Counted from the stretch's first letter, positions 1 to 9,946 are shown. The stretch: DNA of 64,000 nt from Dehalococcoidia bacterium (GCA_965243745.1 CBDEVR010000002.1:903263-967262), one strand, 5' to 3'. Numbers and translations: made by a program. The notes: generated by a model not told the origin, from the letters alone.

Positions 1-1115
1 ATCTCGCCCACGGAGATGCTCTCCGCCTCTTCCCGGTGGTTCGCATGCATGAACATGATGCGACCCATCCGCTCCCGCACTCCCTTGATGGAGTTGTAGA
101 CGCTCGCCCCGGCCTTCATGGAGCCGGAGTACACGCGGAAGTAGACGAGCCGCCCCACGTAGGGGTCGGACACCACCTTGAACGCCAGCGCCGCGAACGG
201 TTCGGACTCGTCCGCCTTGCGCTCGACCGCGTCCTCGCTGTTCGGGAGTTTCCCGACCACCGCGGGGACGTCCAGCGGCGACGGCAGGTAGTCCAGCACC
301 GCGTCCAGCACCAGCTGCACGCCCAGGCTCTGCAGCGCCGAGCCACAGACGACCGGCACCGCGTGGTTCGCTATCGTCGCCCGGCGCAGGGCAGCCTTGA
401 TCTCCTCGGGTGAGGGCGTCTCGCCGGAGAGGAACTGTTCGAGCACGTGCTCGTCGTTCTCCGCGACCCGCTCGATCATCTCCTCGCGGACCTGGGCAGC
501 CTGCTCACGCAGCTCGGGCGGTATCTCGCCCTCCCGCAGCTCGCCGGACGCGCCGCCGCGCTCGAAGAACCAGGCCTTCTCTTCCACCAGGTCGATCACG
601 CCGTGGAACTGGTCCTCGGCCCCGATCGGGTACTGCACAGGAACCGGCACCGCTTTGAGCCGGTGCCGGATGGAGTCCATCGTCTTCTCGAAGTCCGCGC
701 CGATGCGGTCCATCTTGTTGACGAAGCAGATGCGCGGCACTCCGTAACGGTCGGCCTGGCGCCACACCGTCTCGGACTGCGGCTGCACGCCCGCAACAGC
801 GTCGAACACAACAACGCCTCCGTCCAGTACACGGAGGCTTCGCTCCACTTCCGCCGTAAAGTCCACGTGACCCGGCGTGTCGATGATATTGATCTGATGG
901 CCCTTCCAGGCGGCACGCGTTGCGGCGGACGTTATCGTGATGCCGCGCTCACGCTCCTGGGCCATCCAGTCCATCACTGCCGTTCCTTCGTGCACCTCAC
1001 CCAGCTTGTAGGTCCGGCCCGTGAAGAACAGCACCCGCTCCGTAACCGTCGTCTTGCCGGCGTCGATGTGGGCGATGAATCCGATGTTTCGAACTTTCTG
1101 CAGGTCGACTGTCAT
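1..1115 (-). CDS. fusA: Elongation factor G, N-terminal part (gene runs off the left edge)
   Basis: Reverse-strand translation from ATG (complement of 1113-1115) reads [33 protein letters not shown]...[12 protein letters not shown] (GTPase G1/G3 motifs). It follows rpsL-rpsG as in the str operon. It is missing from the ORF track because it is open at the edge. Confidence 0.93.
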   Translation of the reverse strand, partial: MTVDLQKVRNIGFIAHIDAGKTTVTERVLFFTGRTYKLGEVHEGTAVMDWMAQERERGITITSAATRAAWKGHQINIIDTPGHVDFTAEVERSLRVLDGGVVVFDAVAGVQPQSETVWRQADRYGVPRICFVNKMDRIGADFEKTMDSIRHRLKAVPVPVQYPIGAEDQFHGVIDLVEEKAWFFERGGASGELREGEIPPELREQAAQVREEMIERVAENDEHVLEQFLSGETPSPEEIKAALRRATIANHAVPVVCGSALQSLGVQLVLDAVLDYLPSPLDVPAVVGKLPNSEDAVERKADESEPFAALAFKVVSDPYVGRLVYFRVYSGSMKAGASVYNSIKGVRERMGRIMFMHANHREEAESISVGE

Positions 1116-1123
1116 CTGTCCTC

Positions 1124-1594
1124 TTACCAGCGATAGTGGACGAACGCCCGGTTCGCCTCGGCCATCCTGTGCATCTCTTCGCGGCGGCGCGCTGCCGCGC
1201 CCTGTCCCCGCGACGCGTCGATGATCTCGGCCGCCAGCCGCGAGCGCATCGGCTGCCCTGCGCGCGCACGCGCGAAGCGTATGAGCCACCGCATCGCCAG
1301 AGCGTTCCGCCGACGTTCAGGAACCTCGACCGGTACCTGGTACGTCGCGCCGCCCACGCGCCGGGGCTTCACCTCGACCGTGGGCGTGACGTTCCGCAAC
1401 GCTGTCTGGAAGACCTCCATCGCGTCGCGGTTCGTCTCCTGCGCCACCTGGTCGAGCGCCTGGTACACGCTGCGCTGCGCAACCGTCTTCTTGCCGTTCA
1501 GCATGACGCGGTTGATGAAGCTGGCCAGCGTCACACTTCCGTAGCGAGGGTCTGCTACGGGCACACGGCGCTCAGCACGTCGTCGGCGAGACAT
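1124..1594 (-). CDS. rpsG: 30S ribosomal protein S7
   Basis: 156 aa ORF: [20 protein letters not shown]...[21 protein letters not shown], typical S7 termini. Lies between rpsL and fusA. Confidence 0.96.
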   Translation of the reverse strand: MSRRRRAERRVPVADPRYGSVTLASFINRVMLNGKKTVAQRSVYQALDQVAQETNRDAMEVFQTALRNVTPTVEVKPRRVGGATYQVPVEVPERRRNALAMRWLIRFARARAGQPMRSRLAAEIIDASRGQGAAARRREEMHRMAEANRAFVHYRW

Positions 1595-1712
1595 CTATTC
1601 GCTTCCTCCTTGCGCCGGAGCGCAGATAACCCAGGACGCTGAGCCCGCAGATCGCGCCAGCGAACCGCGTCCCTTCCGGTTACGAATTGGAGAACGGGAA
1701 ACCCAAGATCAC

Positions 1713-2123
1713 CTACTGGCGCTTGGTCCCGTACTTGCTCCGCCCCTGCTTCCGGCCGTTGACCCCCGTAGCGTCGAGCGCCCCACGGATGATGTGGTAG
1801 CGAACGCCCGGCAGGTCCTTCACACGGCCTCCGCGGATCAGGACGACGGAGTGCTCCTGCAGCGTGTGGCCCTCTCCGGGGATGTAGGCCGTGACCTCCA
1901 TCCCGTTCGTCATGCGAACACGGGCCACCTTCCGCAGAGCGGAGTTCGGCTTCTTCGGCGTCACCGTCCGCACCTGGACGCACACCCCCAGCTTCTGCGG
2001 GCTGCCATCCCCTCGGTACACACGGTTGCGCAGGCTGTTCCGCACGAAACGGAGCGCAGGCGCCTTGGTCTTCTTCACCACGCGCTTGCGTCCATGACGC
2101 ACCAGCTGATTTACCGTAGGCAC
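1713..2123 (-). CDS. rpsL: 30S ribosomal protein S12
   Basis: 136 aa ORF: [24 protein letters not shown]...[16 protein letters not shown]...[15 protein letters not shown], canonical S12. Confidence 0.97.
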   Translation of the reverse strand: MPTVNQLVRHGRKRVVKKTKAPALRFVRNSLRNRVYRGDGSPQKLGVCVQVRTVTPKKPNSALRKVARVRMTNGMEVTAYIPGEGHTLQEHSVVLIRGGRVKDLPGVRYHIIRGALDATGVNGRKQGRSKYGTKRQ

Positions 2124-2195
2124 TTGTGCGGTACTCCCTGCGCTTTTCGTAAGCCCTTCTGCCGAATCCGTCCCCGTTCGGGCACGAACATGGGG

Positions 2196-2224
2196 ATGCT
2201 ACCGCAAGCTCACTCCTGTGTCAA
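2196..2224 (-). promoter_or_regulatory. Candidate sigma-70-type promoter of the rpsL operon
   Basis: The minus strand reads TTGACA (2224-2219), a 17 nt spacer, then TAGCAT (2201-2196), about 70 nt upstream of the rpsL ATG. The same TAGCAT -10 appears upstream of rpsU. Confidence 0.55.
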
Positions 2225-2303
2225 CCGCGTTCCACTCCCACAACGGTCACTGCCCAACAAGGAAACATACCTTGGCCTCCGGCGCACGTATAATCCCCGC
2301 GAC

Positions 2304-2873
2304 ATGACTGACCTCAAGATCTATACCAAGTACGGCGACGAAGGAGAAACCGGCCTTCTCTACGGCGGGCGCATCTCCAAGAGCGACCTCCGCACCGAGG
2401 CCTACGGCACCACCGACGAGGCCGTCTCCGCCCTCGGCCTCGCCCGCTCCATCACCGGCGACCCGGACGTGCAGCGCATCGTCAAGCGTCTCCAGCGTGA
2501 ACTCTTCACCGTAGGCGCGGAGCTCGCCACCGATCGCGCCGAGTACGCCAACCTCCAGCGCCACTTCAGCGTCGTCACCCCTGAGATGACCGCCGCGCTC
2601 GAGAACGACATCGACACCCTCGGCGCGCAGGTGGAACTGCCGCGCAGCTTCATCATCCCCGGCGCGACCCAGGCCTCTTCCGCCCTCGACCTCGCACGCT
2701 CCATCCTGCGCAGGGCCGAACGCCGCGCCGTGCAGATGAACCTCGAAGGCATGATCGAGAACCCGGAGCTGCTCCGCTACCTCAACCGCGCCTCGGACCT
2801 CATCTTCATGCTCGCCCGCTACCAGGACCGCGCCCTGCCGTTCGAACGGCTCACGGGCGACGATCCCTGCTGA
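2304..2873 (+). CDS. PduO-type ATP:cob(I)alamin adenosyltransferase
   Basis: MTDLKIYTKYGDEGETGLLYGGRISKSDLRTEAYGTTDEAVSALGLAR... is the typical PduO/MMAB N-terminus. ATG at 2304 lies in frame inside the longer track ORF 1794..2873. TATAAT at 2289-2294. Confidence 0.88.
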   Translation: MTDLKIYTKYGDEGETGLLYGGRISKSDLRTEAYGTTDEAVSALGLARSITGDPDVQRIVKRLQRELFTVGAELATDRAEYANLQRHFSVVTPEMTAALENDIDTLGAQVELPRSFIIPGATQASSALDLARSILRRAERRAVQMNLEGMIENPELLRYLNRASDLIFMLARYQDRALPFERLTGDDPC

Positions 2874-2910
2874 CTACAATCCCTGCTGACAAGGAAAGGG
2901 GAGGGGAACC

Positions 2911-3987
2911 ATGGCCGGAGAACCCATCAACCTCTACGAACTCGAAGCCATCTGCGAGCAGACGCTCCCGCTCAACGAGTGGGACTACGTCGCGGGCGGC
3001 GCGACCGACGAGATTACCCTCGAACGCACGCGCTCCGTCTTCGACCACATCGCCCTCCGACCGCGCATGCTCGCGGGCATACCGGACGCCGACCTCTCCG
3101 TTTCCGTGCTCGGCCAGCGCATCGCGCTCCCGTTCATGCTCTCCCCGTGCGGCAGTCACAAGCGCGCCCACGAGGACGGCGAACTCGCCTCCGCGAGGGC
3201 CGCCGCAGCCGCAGGGACCATCCTCGCCGTAAGCGCCAACTGCTCGTACGCCCCCGACGAGATAGCCCGCGCCGCCGATGGCCCAAAGTGGTACCAGACC
3301 TACTTCTACCGCGACCGCGAACAGACCGTGGACCGTGTCCACATGGCTGAGGAGAATGGCTACGACGCCATCTGCGTCACCCTGGACGCCGTCTGGCCGC
3401 CGAAGCGCGAGCGCAACATCCGCAACTCCTACCAGCGCCAACCCACCGCCGGGGACGCGCCCGGCCTGGCCCCGCCCAAGGACCTCACCAAGTTCAACTC
3501 GGGCATCAGCTCCCGCAGCCGGGTCGATCCGGGAGCGTCCTGGGACGACGTCGCCTGGCTCCGCTCCGTCACCAACCTGCCCATCGTCTTCAAGGGCATC
3601 ATCACCCGTGAGGACGCCGCCCTCTGCGCCGAGCACGGCATTGATGCCCTCATCGTCTCCAATCACGGCGGGCGTAACCTCGACACCACCATCCCCACCA
3701 TCGAGGCCCTGCCGGAAGTGGCCGAGGCCGCAGGCGACGTGGAGGTCTACCTCGACGGCGGAATCCGCCGAGGCACAGACGTGGTCAAGGCGATCGCCCT
3801 CGGGGCGAAGGCTGTCATGCTCGGCAGGCCGATGTTCTGGGGACTCGCCTACGCCGGAGACCAGGGCGTGGTGCACATGCTCGACATCCTCCGCGACGAG
3901 GTCGAGACCACGATGATGATGTGCGGGAAGGCCCGCATCGAGGACATCGGCCGTGACCTCGTCGCCCGCCTCCCCGAGCTCCGCTGA
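2911..3987 (+). CDS. FMN-dependent alpha-hydroxy acid oxidase/dehydrogenase (glycolate/lactate oxidase family)
   Basis: 358 aa with the SNHGGRNLD motif and a family-typical N-terminus (INLYELEA...WDYVAGGA). Confidence 0.88.
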   Translation: MAGEPINLYELEAICEQTLPLNEWDYVAGGATDEITLERTRSVFDHIALRPRMLAGIPDADLSVSVLGQRIALPFMLSPCGSHKRAHEDGELASARAAAAAGTILAVSANCSYAPDEIARAADGPKWYQTYFYRDREQTVDRVHMAEENGYDAICVTLDAVWPPKRERNIRNSYQRQPTAGDAPGLAPPKDLTKFNSGISSRSRVDPGASWDDVAWLRSVTNLPIVFKGIITREDAALCAEHGIDALIVSNHGGRNLDTTIPTIEALPEVAEAAGDVEVYLDGGIRRGTDVVKAIALGAKAVMLGRPMFWGLAYAGDQGVVHMLDILRDEVETTMMMCGKARIEDIGRDLVARLPELR

Positions 3988-3993
3988 AACTGG

Positions 3994-4062
3994 TTCACCC
4001 TCACCCCCGCATCAAGTGCGGGGCAGGCTCTAACCCTCTCCCATCAAGGGAGATGGGACCAG
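3994..4062. repeat. REP-like palindromic repeat cluster (family A, two hairpins)
   Basis: TTCACCCTCACCC...CCCGC-atcaagt-GCGGG...CCCTCTCCC-atcaa-GGGAGATGGGACCAGG, between convergent gene ends. Same unit type as at 7549, 30945, 35074, 36625, 36766, 37922 and 42690. Confidence 0.85.
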
Positions 4063-4066
4063 GCAC

Positions 4067-4837
4067 TCACACGAGGAGCGCCTCGAAACGCTCCGGCATC
4101 TCCACCTGCCCCGCCGCGATCTCCAGCAGGCGCTCGTCCGAGAGCGGGAAGCCGAACTCCTCGTTCCGCATCCGCAGCCGCTGCATGGAGATCTCCGTCA
4201 CCATCTCCTTCGCCAGCGCCCAGTCTTCCTCCGTGCTCGCGACCGCGTTCAGGTTGTCCGCGCCGTGCGCCGCGTGGTCGACCTCGTCGCCGTACACGTT
4301 CGCGCACGCCGCGGCGATACGGTCGCTGAGCTCGTCGCCGCCTATCTGCATCCCTTCGTAGAAGATGGAGGCCCCGCCGCCCTCGCAGAACGACGACGCG
4401 AACCGCCCAAGCTCTCCGTGCCGCTCGAAGCAGCGCCTGCGTACCGCCCGCAGCTCGCGCTCGTGCTCGATGTCGTACGTCGCCAACTCCTCGGTCGTCA
4501 GTTGCCCGCCCGTGATGTGGTCGATCACGTCCGCGAAAACGACGTAGTGCCTGAACTCCTCTTCGAGGAACTGGATGTTGTAGAGGAAGTCGGCGCGGTC
4601 GACGCCCTTCTCCAGCGCGGGGTAGTTCCGCGCCAGTTGCTCGATGTTCCGCAGGATGATGCCGTCGTCGCGCGGCTGTAATTCCTTGTACGCCTGCACC
4701 CGCAGCCAGCGCAGGTGTTCCTCAGGCGCCCGGGGCTGCGAGAAGAACGTCCGCGCTATCTCGGCCTCGCCCGCCCAGAACCGCGACGCGTACCGGGTCA
4801 GCTCGTTACGACGCTCCCGTGCCTGCTGCTCATCCAT
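4067..4837 (-). CDS. Hypothetical protein, possible ferritin-like di-iron fold
   Basis: 256 aa from MDEQQARERRNELTRYASRFW. SD GAGGAGG upstream and TATAAT on the minus strand at 4871-4866. Two ExxH motifs (EEEFRH, DEVDH). The longer track ORF (to 5752) runs antisense into mmsA and is rejected. Confidence 0.6.
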   Translation of the reverse strand: MDEQQARERRNELTRYASRFWAGEAEIARTFFSQPRAPEEHLRWLRVQAYKELQPRDDGIILRNIEQLARNYPALEKGVDRADFLYNIQFLEEEFRHYVVFADVIDHITGGQLTTEELATYDIEHERELRAVRRRCFERHGELGRFASSFCEGGGASIFYEGMQIGGDELSDRIAAACANVYGDEVDHAAHGADNLNAVASTEEDWALAKEMVTEISMQRLRMRNEEFGFPLSDERLLEIAAGQVEMPERFEALLV

Positions 4838-4945
4838 CGTCGTTGCCTCCTCGTGGGACGGCAGGATTATAGGCCAGCGGCGCAACCGGCCACCTGCTCC
4901 GCTACAATGCTCCCCGCTCCATACCGAAACACAGGAGGAACGCGC

Positions 4946-6418
4946 GTGCTTTCCGAGGTGCAAGCGAACTACGGCAGATTGAGGAATCTCATCAACGGCG
5001 AGTGGGTCGAACCCGACGCGAGCGACTGGCTGGACGTGGAGAACCCCGCGACCACCGGCATCATCGCCCAGGTCCCGCTCTCCACCCCCAGCGAGGTGAA
5101 CGACGCGGTCGCGGCGGCGAAGCAGGCATTTCTTACATGGCGTGAGACTCCGCCCGTACTCCGCGCCCGCAGCCTCTTCACACTCAAAGGGCTGATGGAG
5201 CAGCACTTCGAGGAGTTCGCTCGCACCATCGTCCAGGAGCACGGCAAGACGATCGAGGATGCGCGCGGCGAGACGCGCCGCGCGATCGAGAACGTGGAGG
5301 TCGCCGCTGGCATCCCCACGCTCATGCAGGGCTACGGTCTGGAGAACATCGCTCCCAGCATCGACGCCGAAGCCGTGCGCCAGCCCATCGGCGTCTTCGG
5401 CATCATCGGGCCGTTCAACTTCCCGCTCATGGTGCCCAACTGGTTCATCCCGTACGCCATCGCCACCGGCAACACCGTCGTCGTCAAGCCGTCGGAGCAG
5501 ACCCCGCTCTCGCAGACGCGCATGGCGGGACTCGCCCTGGAGGCGGGGATCCCTGCAGGCGTGCTGAACGTCGTGCACGGCGCCAAGGACGCCGTGGACG
5601 CCCTGCTGGAGCACCCGGACGTGCGCGGCATCTCGTTCGTCGGCTCCTCGCCCGTCGCGCGCTACGTCTACACGAAGGCGTCCACAGAGGGGAAGCGCGT
5701 GCAGTGCGGCGGCGGCGCGAAGAACTTCCTCGTCGCCATGCCGGACGCCCACCTCGACTCCACCATCGACAACATGATGGGCTCCATCTTCGGCGCAGCG
5801 GGACAGCGATGCCTCGCGGGCTCGGTCGTCATCACCGTTGGCGACGCCTACGAGAGCGTGCGCGACCGGCTTGCCGAGGGCGCGCGCAACCTCAAGCTCG
5901 GCTACGGACTGGATGAGAGCGTCGGCATGGGGCCGGTCATCTCCCAGCGCGCGCTGGACCGGGTGCTCGGCTACGTCGACAAAGGCATCGAGGAGGGCGC
6001 GGACCTCATCGTGGACCGGCGCTCAGCCCGCCAGGACGAGGAGCTCGCGGGCTACTTCGCCGGGCCGTGCGTGTTCGACGGTGTCGAGCCGCAGATGGCC
6101 ATCGCGAAAGAGGAGATATTCGGCCCCGTCGCGGGCATCATGCGGGCGGACTCGCTGGACGAAGCGATAGGCCACATCGAGGCCCTGCCGTTTGGCAACG
6201 CAGCCAGCATCTTCACCGCCAGCGGCGCCGCGGCGCGCGAGTTCAGGCACCGCGTCACCGCCGGCAACATCGGCGTCAACGTCGGCGTCGCTGCGCCAAT
6301 GGCCTTCTTTCCATTCGGCGGCATGAAGGACTCGTTCTTCGGTACGCTCCACGCCCAGGGACGCGAGGTCGTCGACTTCTTCACCGACCGAAAGGTCGTC
6401 ATCAGCAGGTGGTTCTGA
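4946..6418 (+). CDS. mmsA: CoA-acylating methylmalonate-semialdehyde dehydrogenase
   Basis: GTG at 4946 preceded by AGGAGG (4933-4938). Aldehyde dehydrogenase with the MmsA-type C-terminus ...FPFGGMKDSFFGTLHAQGREVVDFFTDRKVVISRWF. Confidence 0.9.
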   Translation: MLSEVQANYGRLRNLINGEWVEPDASDWLDVENPATTGIIAQVPLSTPSEVNDAVAAAKQAFLTWRETPPVLRARSLFTLKGLMEQHFEEFARTIVQEHGKTIEDARGETRRAIENVEVAAGIPTLMQGYGLENIAPSIDAEAVRQPIGVFGIIGPFNFPLMVPNWFIPYAIATGNTVVVKPSEQTPLSQTRMAGLALEAGIPAGVLNVVHGAKDAVDALLEHPDVRGISFVGSSPVARYVYTKASTEGKRVQCGGGAKNFLVAMPDAHLDSTIDNMMGSIFGAAGQRCLAGSVVITVGDAYESVRDRLAEGARNLKLGYGLDESVGMGPVISQRALDRVLGYVDKGIEEGADLIVDRRSARQDEELAGYFAGPCVFDGVEPQMAIAKEEIFGPVAGIMRADSLDEAIGHIEALPFGNAASIFTASGAAAREFRHRVTAGNIGVNVGVAAPMAFFPFGGMKDSFFGTLHAQGREVVDFFTDRKVVISRWF

Positions 6419-6420
6419 TC

Positions 6421-7521
6421 ATGCGAGCCGCCGTCTTCTCCCAGCCCAACCAGCCCATGACCGTCGAGGAGTTGGTCATGCCGGAGCCGCACGAGCACGA
6501 GGTGCGCGTGAAGGTCGCGGCGTGCGGCGTCTGTCACACCGACCTCCACGTCCTGAAAGGCGAGGTCGCCTTCCCCACACCGGGCGTGCTCGGCCACGAG
6601 GTCTCCGGCGTCGTGGACGCCGTCGGGCCCGGCGTGACGAACGTCGCCGTGGGCGACCGCGTCGTCTGCTCGTTCATCATGCCGTGCGGGAACTGCGGCT
6701 ACTGCGTCCACGGGCGCGAGGACCTCTGCGAGACGTTCTTCGCCTACAACCGCCTCAAGGGCCAGTTGTACGACGGCTCGACCCGCCTCCATCGCCCCGA
6801 CGGCGAACCCATCGCCATGTACAGCATGGGCGGGCTTGCCGAGTACGCCGTCACCCCGGACACGTCCGTCTTCCCGCTGCCGGAGAGCGTCCCGCTCACG
6901 GACGCCGCCATCGTCGGCTGCTCCATCTTCACCGCCTACGGCGCGGTGCGGAACCAGGCCGATGTGCGCCCGGGCCAGAGCGTGGCCGTCTTCGCCGTCG
7001 GCGGCGTCGGCACCCAGGTGCTGCAGATGGCACGGGCGTTCGGCGCATCGCAGGTCATCGCCGTGGACATTCGAGGCGACAAGCTGGAGAAGGCGCTGGA
7101 GATGGGCGCGACCCACGCCGTCAACGGTGCGTCGGAGGACGCCCCGGCCCGCGTCCGCGAACTGGCGAACGGGCGCGGTGTCGACGTCGCGATCGAGGCA
7201 TTGGGCTCGCCCGTGACGGTGCGGCAGGCGTTCGAGTCCGTGCGCGACGGCGGCAAGGTCGTGCTCATCGGGATCGCGCCGGTGGGCGTCGAGGTGCCAC
7301 TGGAGATCACGCGGTTCGTCCGGCGCGGCATAACGGTTGCGGGGTCTTACGGCGCAAAGGCTCGCAGCGACATGCCGGAGATCGTCGAACTCGTGCGGCG
7401 CGGCGCGGTCGACACCAGCGCACCCATCACGCGCCGCTACACGCTCGACGAGGTGAACGACGCCTACGGCGCTCTCGCCAGCGGCGATATCGTTGGCCGC
7501 GCCATCATCGAGATGGGGTAG
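6421..7521 (+). CDS. Zinc-dependent alcohol dehydrogenase family oxidoreductase
   Basis: MRAAVFSQPNQPMTVEEL...GVCHTDLHVLKGE...GHEVSGVV...CGNCGYCVHGREDLC (catalytic and structural Zn motifs). Confidence 0.9.
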   Translation: MRAAVFSQPNQPMTVEELVMPEPHEHEVRVKVAACGVCHTDLHVLKGEVAFPTPGVLGHEVSGVVDAVGPGVTNVAVGDRVVCSFIMPCGNCGYCVHGREDLCETFFAYNRLKGQLYDGSTRLHRPDGEPIAMYSMGGLAEYAVTPDTSVFPLPESVPLTDAAIVGCSIFTAYGAVRNQADVRPGQSVAVFAVGGVGTQVLQMARAFGASQVIAVDIRGDKLEKALEMGATHAVNGASEDAPARVRELANGRGVDVAIEALGSPVTVRQAFESVRDGGKVVLIGIAPVGVEVPLEITRFVRRGITVAGSYGAKARSDMPEIVELVRRGAVDTSAPITRRYTLDEVNDAYGALASGDIVGRAIIEMG

Positions 7522-7548
7522 GAAACAGCGCAAGCGTACGCACCCTGC

Positions 7549-7597
7549 CGGTTCACCCCCATCCTAGCCTTCCCCCATCAAGGGGGAAGGGACCAGA
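7549..7597. repeat. REP-like repeat, family A unit
   Basis: GGTTCACCCCCATCCTAGCCTTCCCCC-atcaa-GGGGGAAGGGACCAGACA. Perfect 9 bp stem at 7568-7576/7582-7590. Confidence 0.9.
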
Positions 7598-7622
7598 CAA
7601 CCGCATGCGCAGGCAGCGGGGT

Positions 7623-8666
7623 CTACCACCTCGACGGCGCGAGTGCCTCCAGCGTGTCGCGCAGCAGCGGCAGGTCGGCCCCGTAAGGGAACATCAGCAC
7701 GGGCAGCGTGACGCCCGCGGCATACGCCGCCTCCAACCGTTCCCTCGCCTGCACGGGCGAGCCGACGGCGCTCGTCGAGTCCAGCATCTCGTCGGTGACG
7801 GCGGCTGCGGCAGCGGGACGGCCCTCGCGGTTCGGGCGCACCCATTCCCGGCTGATGCGCTCCGCCTCCTCCGTCCAGCCGAAACGCTGCAGCATCCGGT
7901 TGTAGAACGTTCCCATGCCGCCCGCGTAGAACGCGATGTGCGCCCGCGCCAGGTCCCGCGCAGCCTCGGGCGCACGCTCCGATGCCGCGGCCAGCATGGC
8001 GGGCGCTATCTCGATCGCCGAGGCGTCCCGCCCGGACAGGGCCGCGCCTGCCGCCAGCAACTCCTTCATCTCCGGCAATGCGTCCATGCGCAGGAAGATG
8101 GGCAGCCAGCCCTCAGCCAACTCGCCGGTGAGCTCAACGTTCCGTGGCCCTATCGAGGCCAGCATCACCGGCACGGAAGGGCGCGGCGGCTCGTCCCGCA
8201 GGCGGAACCCGCGCAGCCGGAAGACCATGCCGTCGTAGTCCACGCGCTCGCCCGACAGCGCAAGGCGCACGATCTCGATGAATTCGCGGGTGCGCTGCAA
8301 CGGCTGCTCCCACCGCTGCCCGTGCCAGTTCTCGACCACGATGGGCCCGCTCGTGCCGAGCCCCAGCGTGACGCGCCCGCCCGCTATCGTGTCGAGCGAC
8401 GCCGCGCTCTGCGCTGTCATCGCGGGCGTCCGGCTGAACATCGTCGCGATGTGCGTGCCGATGCCGATACGTGTCGTCTGCCCCGCGAGCCACGCCAGCG
8501 TCGTGAATGCGTCGAACCCCCATGACTCGCCGGCCCAGACCGACTCGTACCCCAGCTCTTCGGCGCGGCGCACGAGGTCGAGCGTCTCCTGGTGAGTCAG
8601 GCCGCCCCCGGCAGCCACGTGCAACCCGATGCGGCGTCCTGATTCTGCGTTGGTCATGCGGCGCAT
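7623..8666 (-). CDS. LLM-class (luciferase-like, probably F420/FMN-dependent) oxidoreductase
   Basis: 347 aa: ...AEELGYESVWAGESWGFDAFTTLAWLAGQTTRIGIGTHIATMFSRTPAMTAQSAASLDTIAGGRVTLGLGTSGP... Alternative ATG 9 nt downstream (8657). Confidence 0.88.
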   Translation of the reverse strand: MRRMTNAESGRRIGLHVAAGGGLTHQETLDLVRRAEELGYESVWAGESWGFDAFTTLAWLAGQTTRIGIGTHIATMFSRTPAMTAQSAASLDTIAGGRVTLGLGTSGPIVVENWHGQRWEQPLQRTREFIEIVRLALSGERVDYDGMVFRLRGFRLRDEPPRPSVPVMLASIGPRNVELTGELAEGWLPIFLRMDALPEMKELLAAGAALSGRDASAIEIAPAMLAAASERAPEAARDLARAHIAFYAGGMGTFYNRMLQRFGWTEEAERISREWVRPNREGRPAAAAAVTDEMLDSTSAVGSPVQARERLEAAYAAGVTLPVLMFPYGADLPLLRDTLEALAPSRW

Positions 8667-8678
8667 CCTAGCACCTCT

Positions 8679-8737
8679 CCCGAGAGATGCTTCGGCTGCG
8701 CTTCAGGCTGCGCCTTCAGCTTCGCTCAGAATGACAA
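8679..8737. repeat. REP-like repeat, family D unit (expanded)
   Basis: CCCGAGAGATGCTTCGGCTGCGCTTCAGGCTGCGCCTTCAGCTTCGCTCAGAATGACAA. Related units at 30908, 38780, 42631 and 46303. Confidence 0.75.
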
Positions 8738-8784
8738 GAGAAGGGGGGGCGTATACTCCGCCCACACCCCAGCGAGGCACTGCC

Positions 8785-9936
8785 ATGCGCAACGGCTACC
8801 GGATATTCGACGCGGACACGCACTTCCACGCGTCCGCCGAGACCCTCGAACCCTTCCTCGACCCCATGCTCCGCGACATGAAGGACGAGCTCCAGACCCG
8901 CGAGTTCCGCACGGGCTGGGCCGGCGAGGAGATGCCGGAGCCCTACACCCACCTCTACCGCCTTGGCAACGAACGCGGGTGGGGAGAAGCCCCGCCCCGC
9001 ATCCTTGGGGAGGCAGGGCCACGCCCCAACGCTCAGCGTCACTTCCAGAACTTCCAGGGCTTCACCTTCCCTACGCCCGGAGGCTCCGACTGGGACTCTG
9101 ATGTCCGCGTCCGCGACATGGATGAGGAGGGCGTAGACGTGCACCTCATGGTGCCCGGCGTGGCCTCAGGCCACCCCGACCCCGCCGTCGACATGGCGAT
9201 GCTCCGCAGCGTCCACCGCCAGCTGGATGACATGTGCTCCCGCCACCCGGGACGGCTGATGTCGCTCATCCTCGCGACCGCGCGCGACGTGGAGGGCTCC
9301 GTGCTGGAGATCAAGCGCTACGCGGACTCACCCTGGGCCAAGGGTGTCTGGGTGAGCCTGCCGGTCGACTACCCGGTCGACCACCCGGACCTGCACCCCA
9401 TCTGGGCCGCTGCCGACGACGCCGGGCTCACCATCGCCCATCACAGCTTCGCGACCGGCTACCCCGGCTACCGCGACCTCTGGGACAATCCCTTCATCGG
9501 GCGTACCGCCTCCCATCCCTGGGGCGCGATGCGGATGATCTCCGCTTTCATCGGCGCGGGCCTCCTCGACAAGTACCCGAACCTCAACCTCGCCATCCTC
9601 GAGTCCGGCTTCGGCTGGCTCCCCTTCTGGATGAAGCGCATGGAGGACCAGGTGCACTACATGGGCTACGTCGCCGACGGCCTGCGCACCATCGAGGAGT
9701 ACATGACCGGAGGGCGCTTCTTCGCCGGCATCGTCATCCACGAGGGCGAGCAGATGACGCGCATGGTCTCCGAGTTCATGGGCGACCACGTCCTGATGTT
9801 CGGCTCCGACTACCCCCACGCCGAATCGCGCTTCCCCAGGTCTGCGGACATCGTCCTTGGCTGGGACAGCCTCGGCGAGGAGCGGATGCGCAGGCTCATG
9901 TGGGAGAATGCCGCCCGCTGCTTCCGGCTGGAGTAG
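8785..9936 (+). CDS. Amidohydrolase-2 family metal-dependent hydrolase/decarboxylase
   Basis: MRNGYRIFDADTHFHAS... with C-terminal ...VLMFGSDYPHAES... ATG 8785 lies in frame within track ORF 8629..9936. Confidence 0.85.
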   Translation: MRNGYRIFDADTHFHASAETLEPFLDPMLRDMKDELQTREFRTGWAGEEMPEPYTHLYRLGNERGWGEAPPRILGEAGPRPNAQRHFQNFQGFTFPTPGGSDWDSDVRVRDMDEEGVDVHLMVPGVASGHPDPAVDMAMLRSVHRQLDDMCSRHPGRLMSLILATARDVEGSVLEIKRYADSPWAKGVWVSLPVDYPVDHPDLHPIWAAADDAGLTIAHHSFATGYPGYRDLWDNPFIGRTASHPWGAMRMISAFIGAGLLDKYPNLNLAILESGFGWLPFWMKRMEDQVHYMGYVADGLRTIEEYMTGGRFFAGIVIHEGEQMTRMVSEFMGDHVLMFGSDYPHAESRFPRSADIVLGWDSLGEERMRRLMWENAARCFRLE

Positions 9937-9946
9937 AGTGAACGGT

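Noticed and set aside
4838-5752. N-terminal 305 aa extension of track ORF 4067..5752 (-)
   Set aside because: The extension is antisense to mmsA and has no coding character. An internal ATG at 4837 with a GAGGAGG SD and a TATAAT box gives a compact 256 aa product.
6052-8525. Long overlapping ORFs 6052..7533 (-) and 6522..8525 (+)
   Set aside because: They are alternative or antisense frames of the Zn-alcohol dehydrogenase and LLM oxidoreductase genes. They are Arg/Pro/Gly-rich with no motifs.
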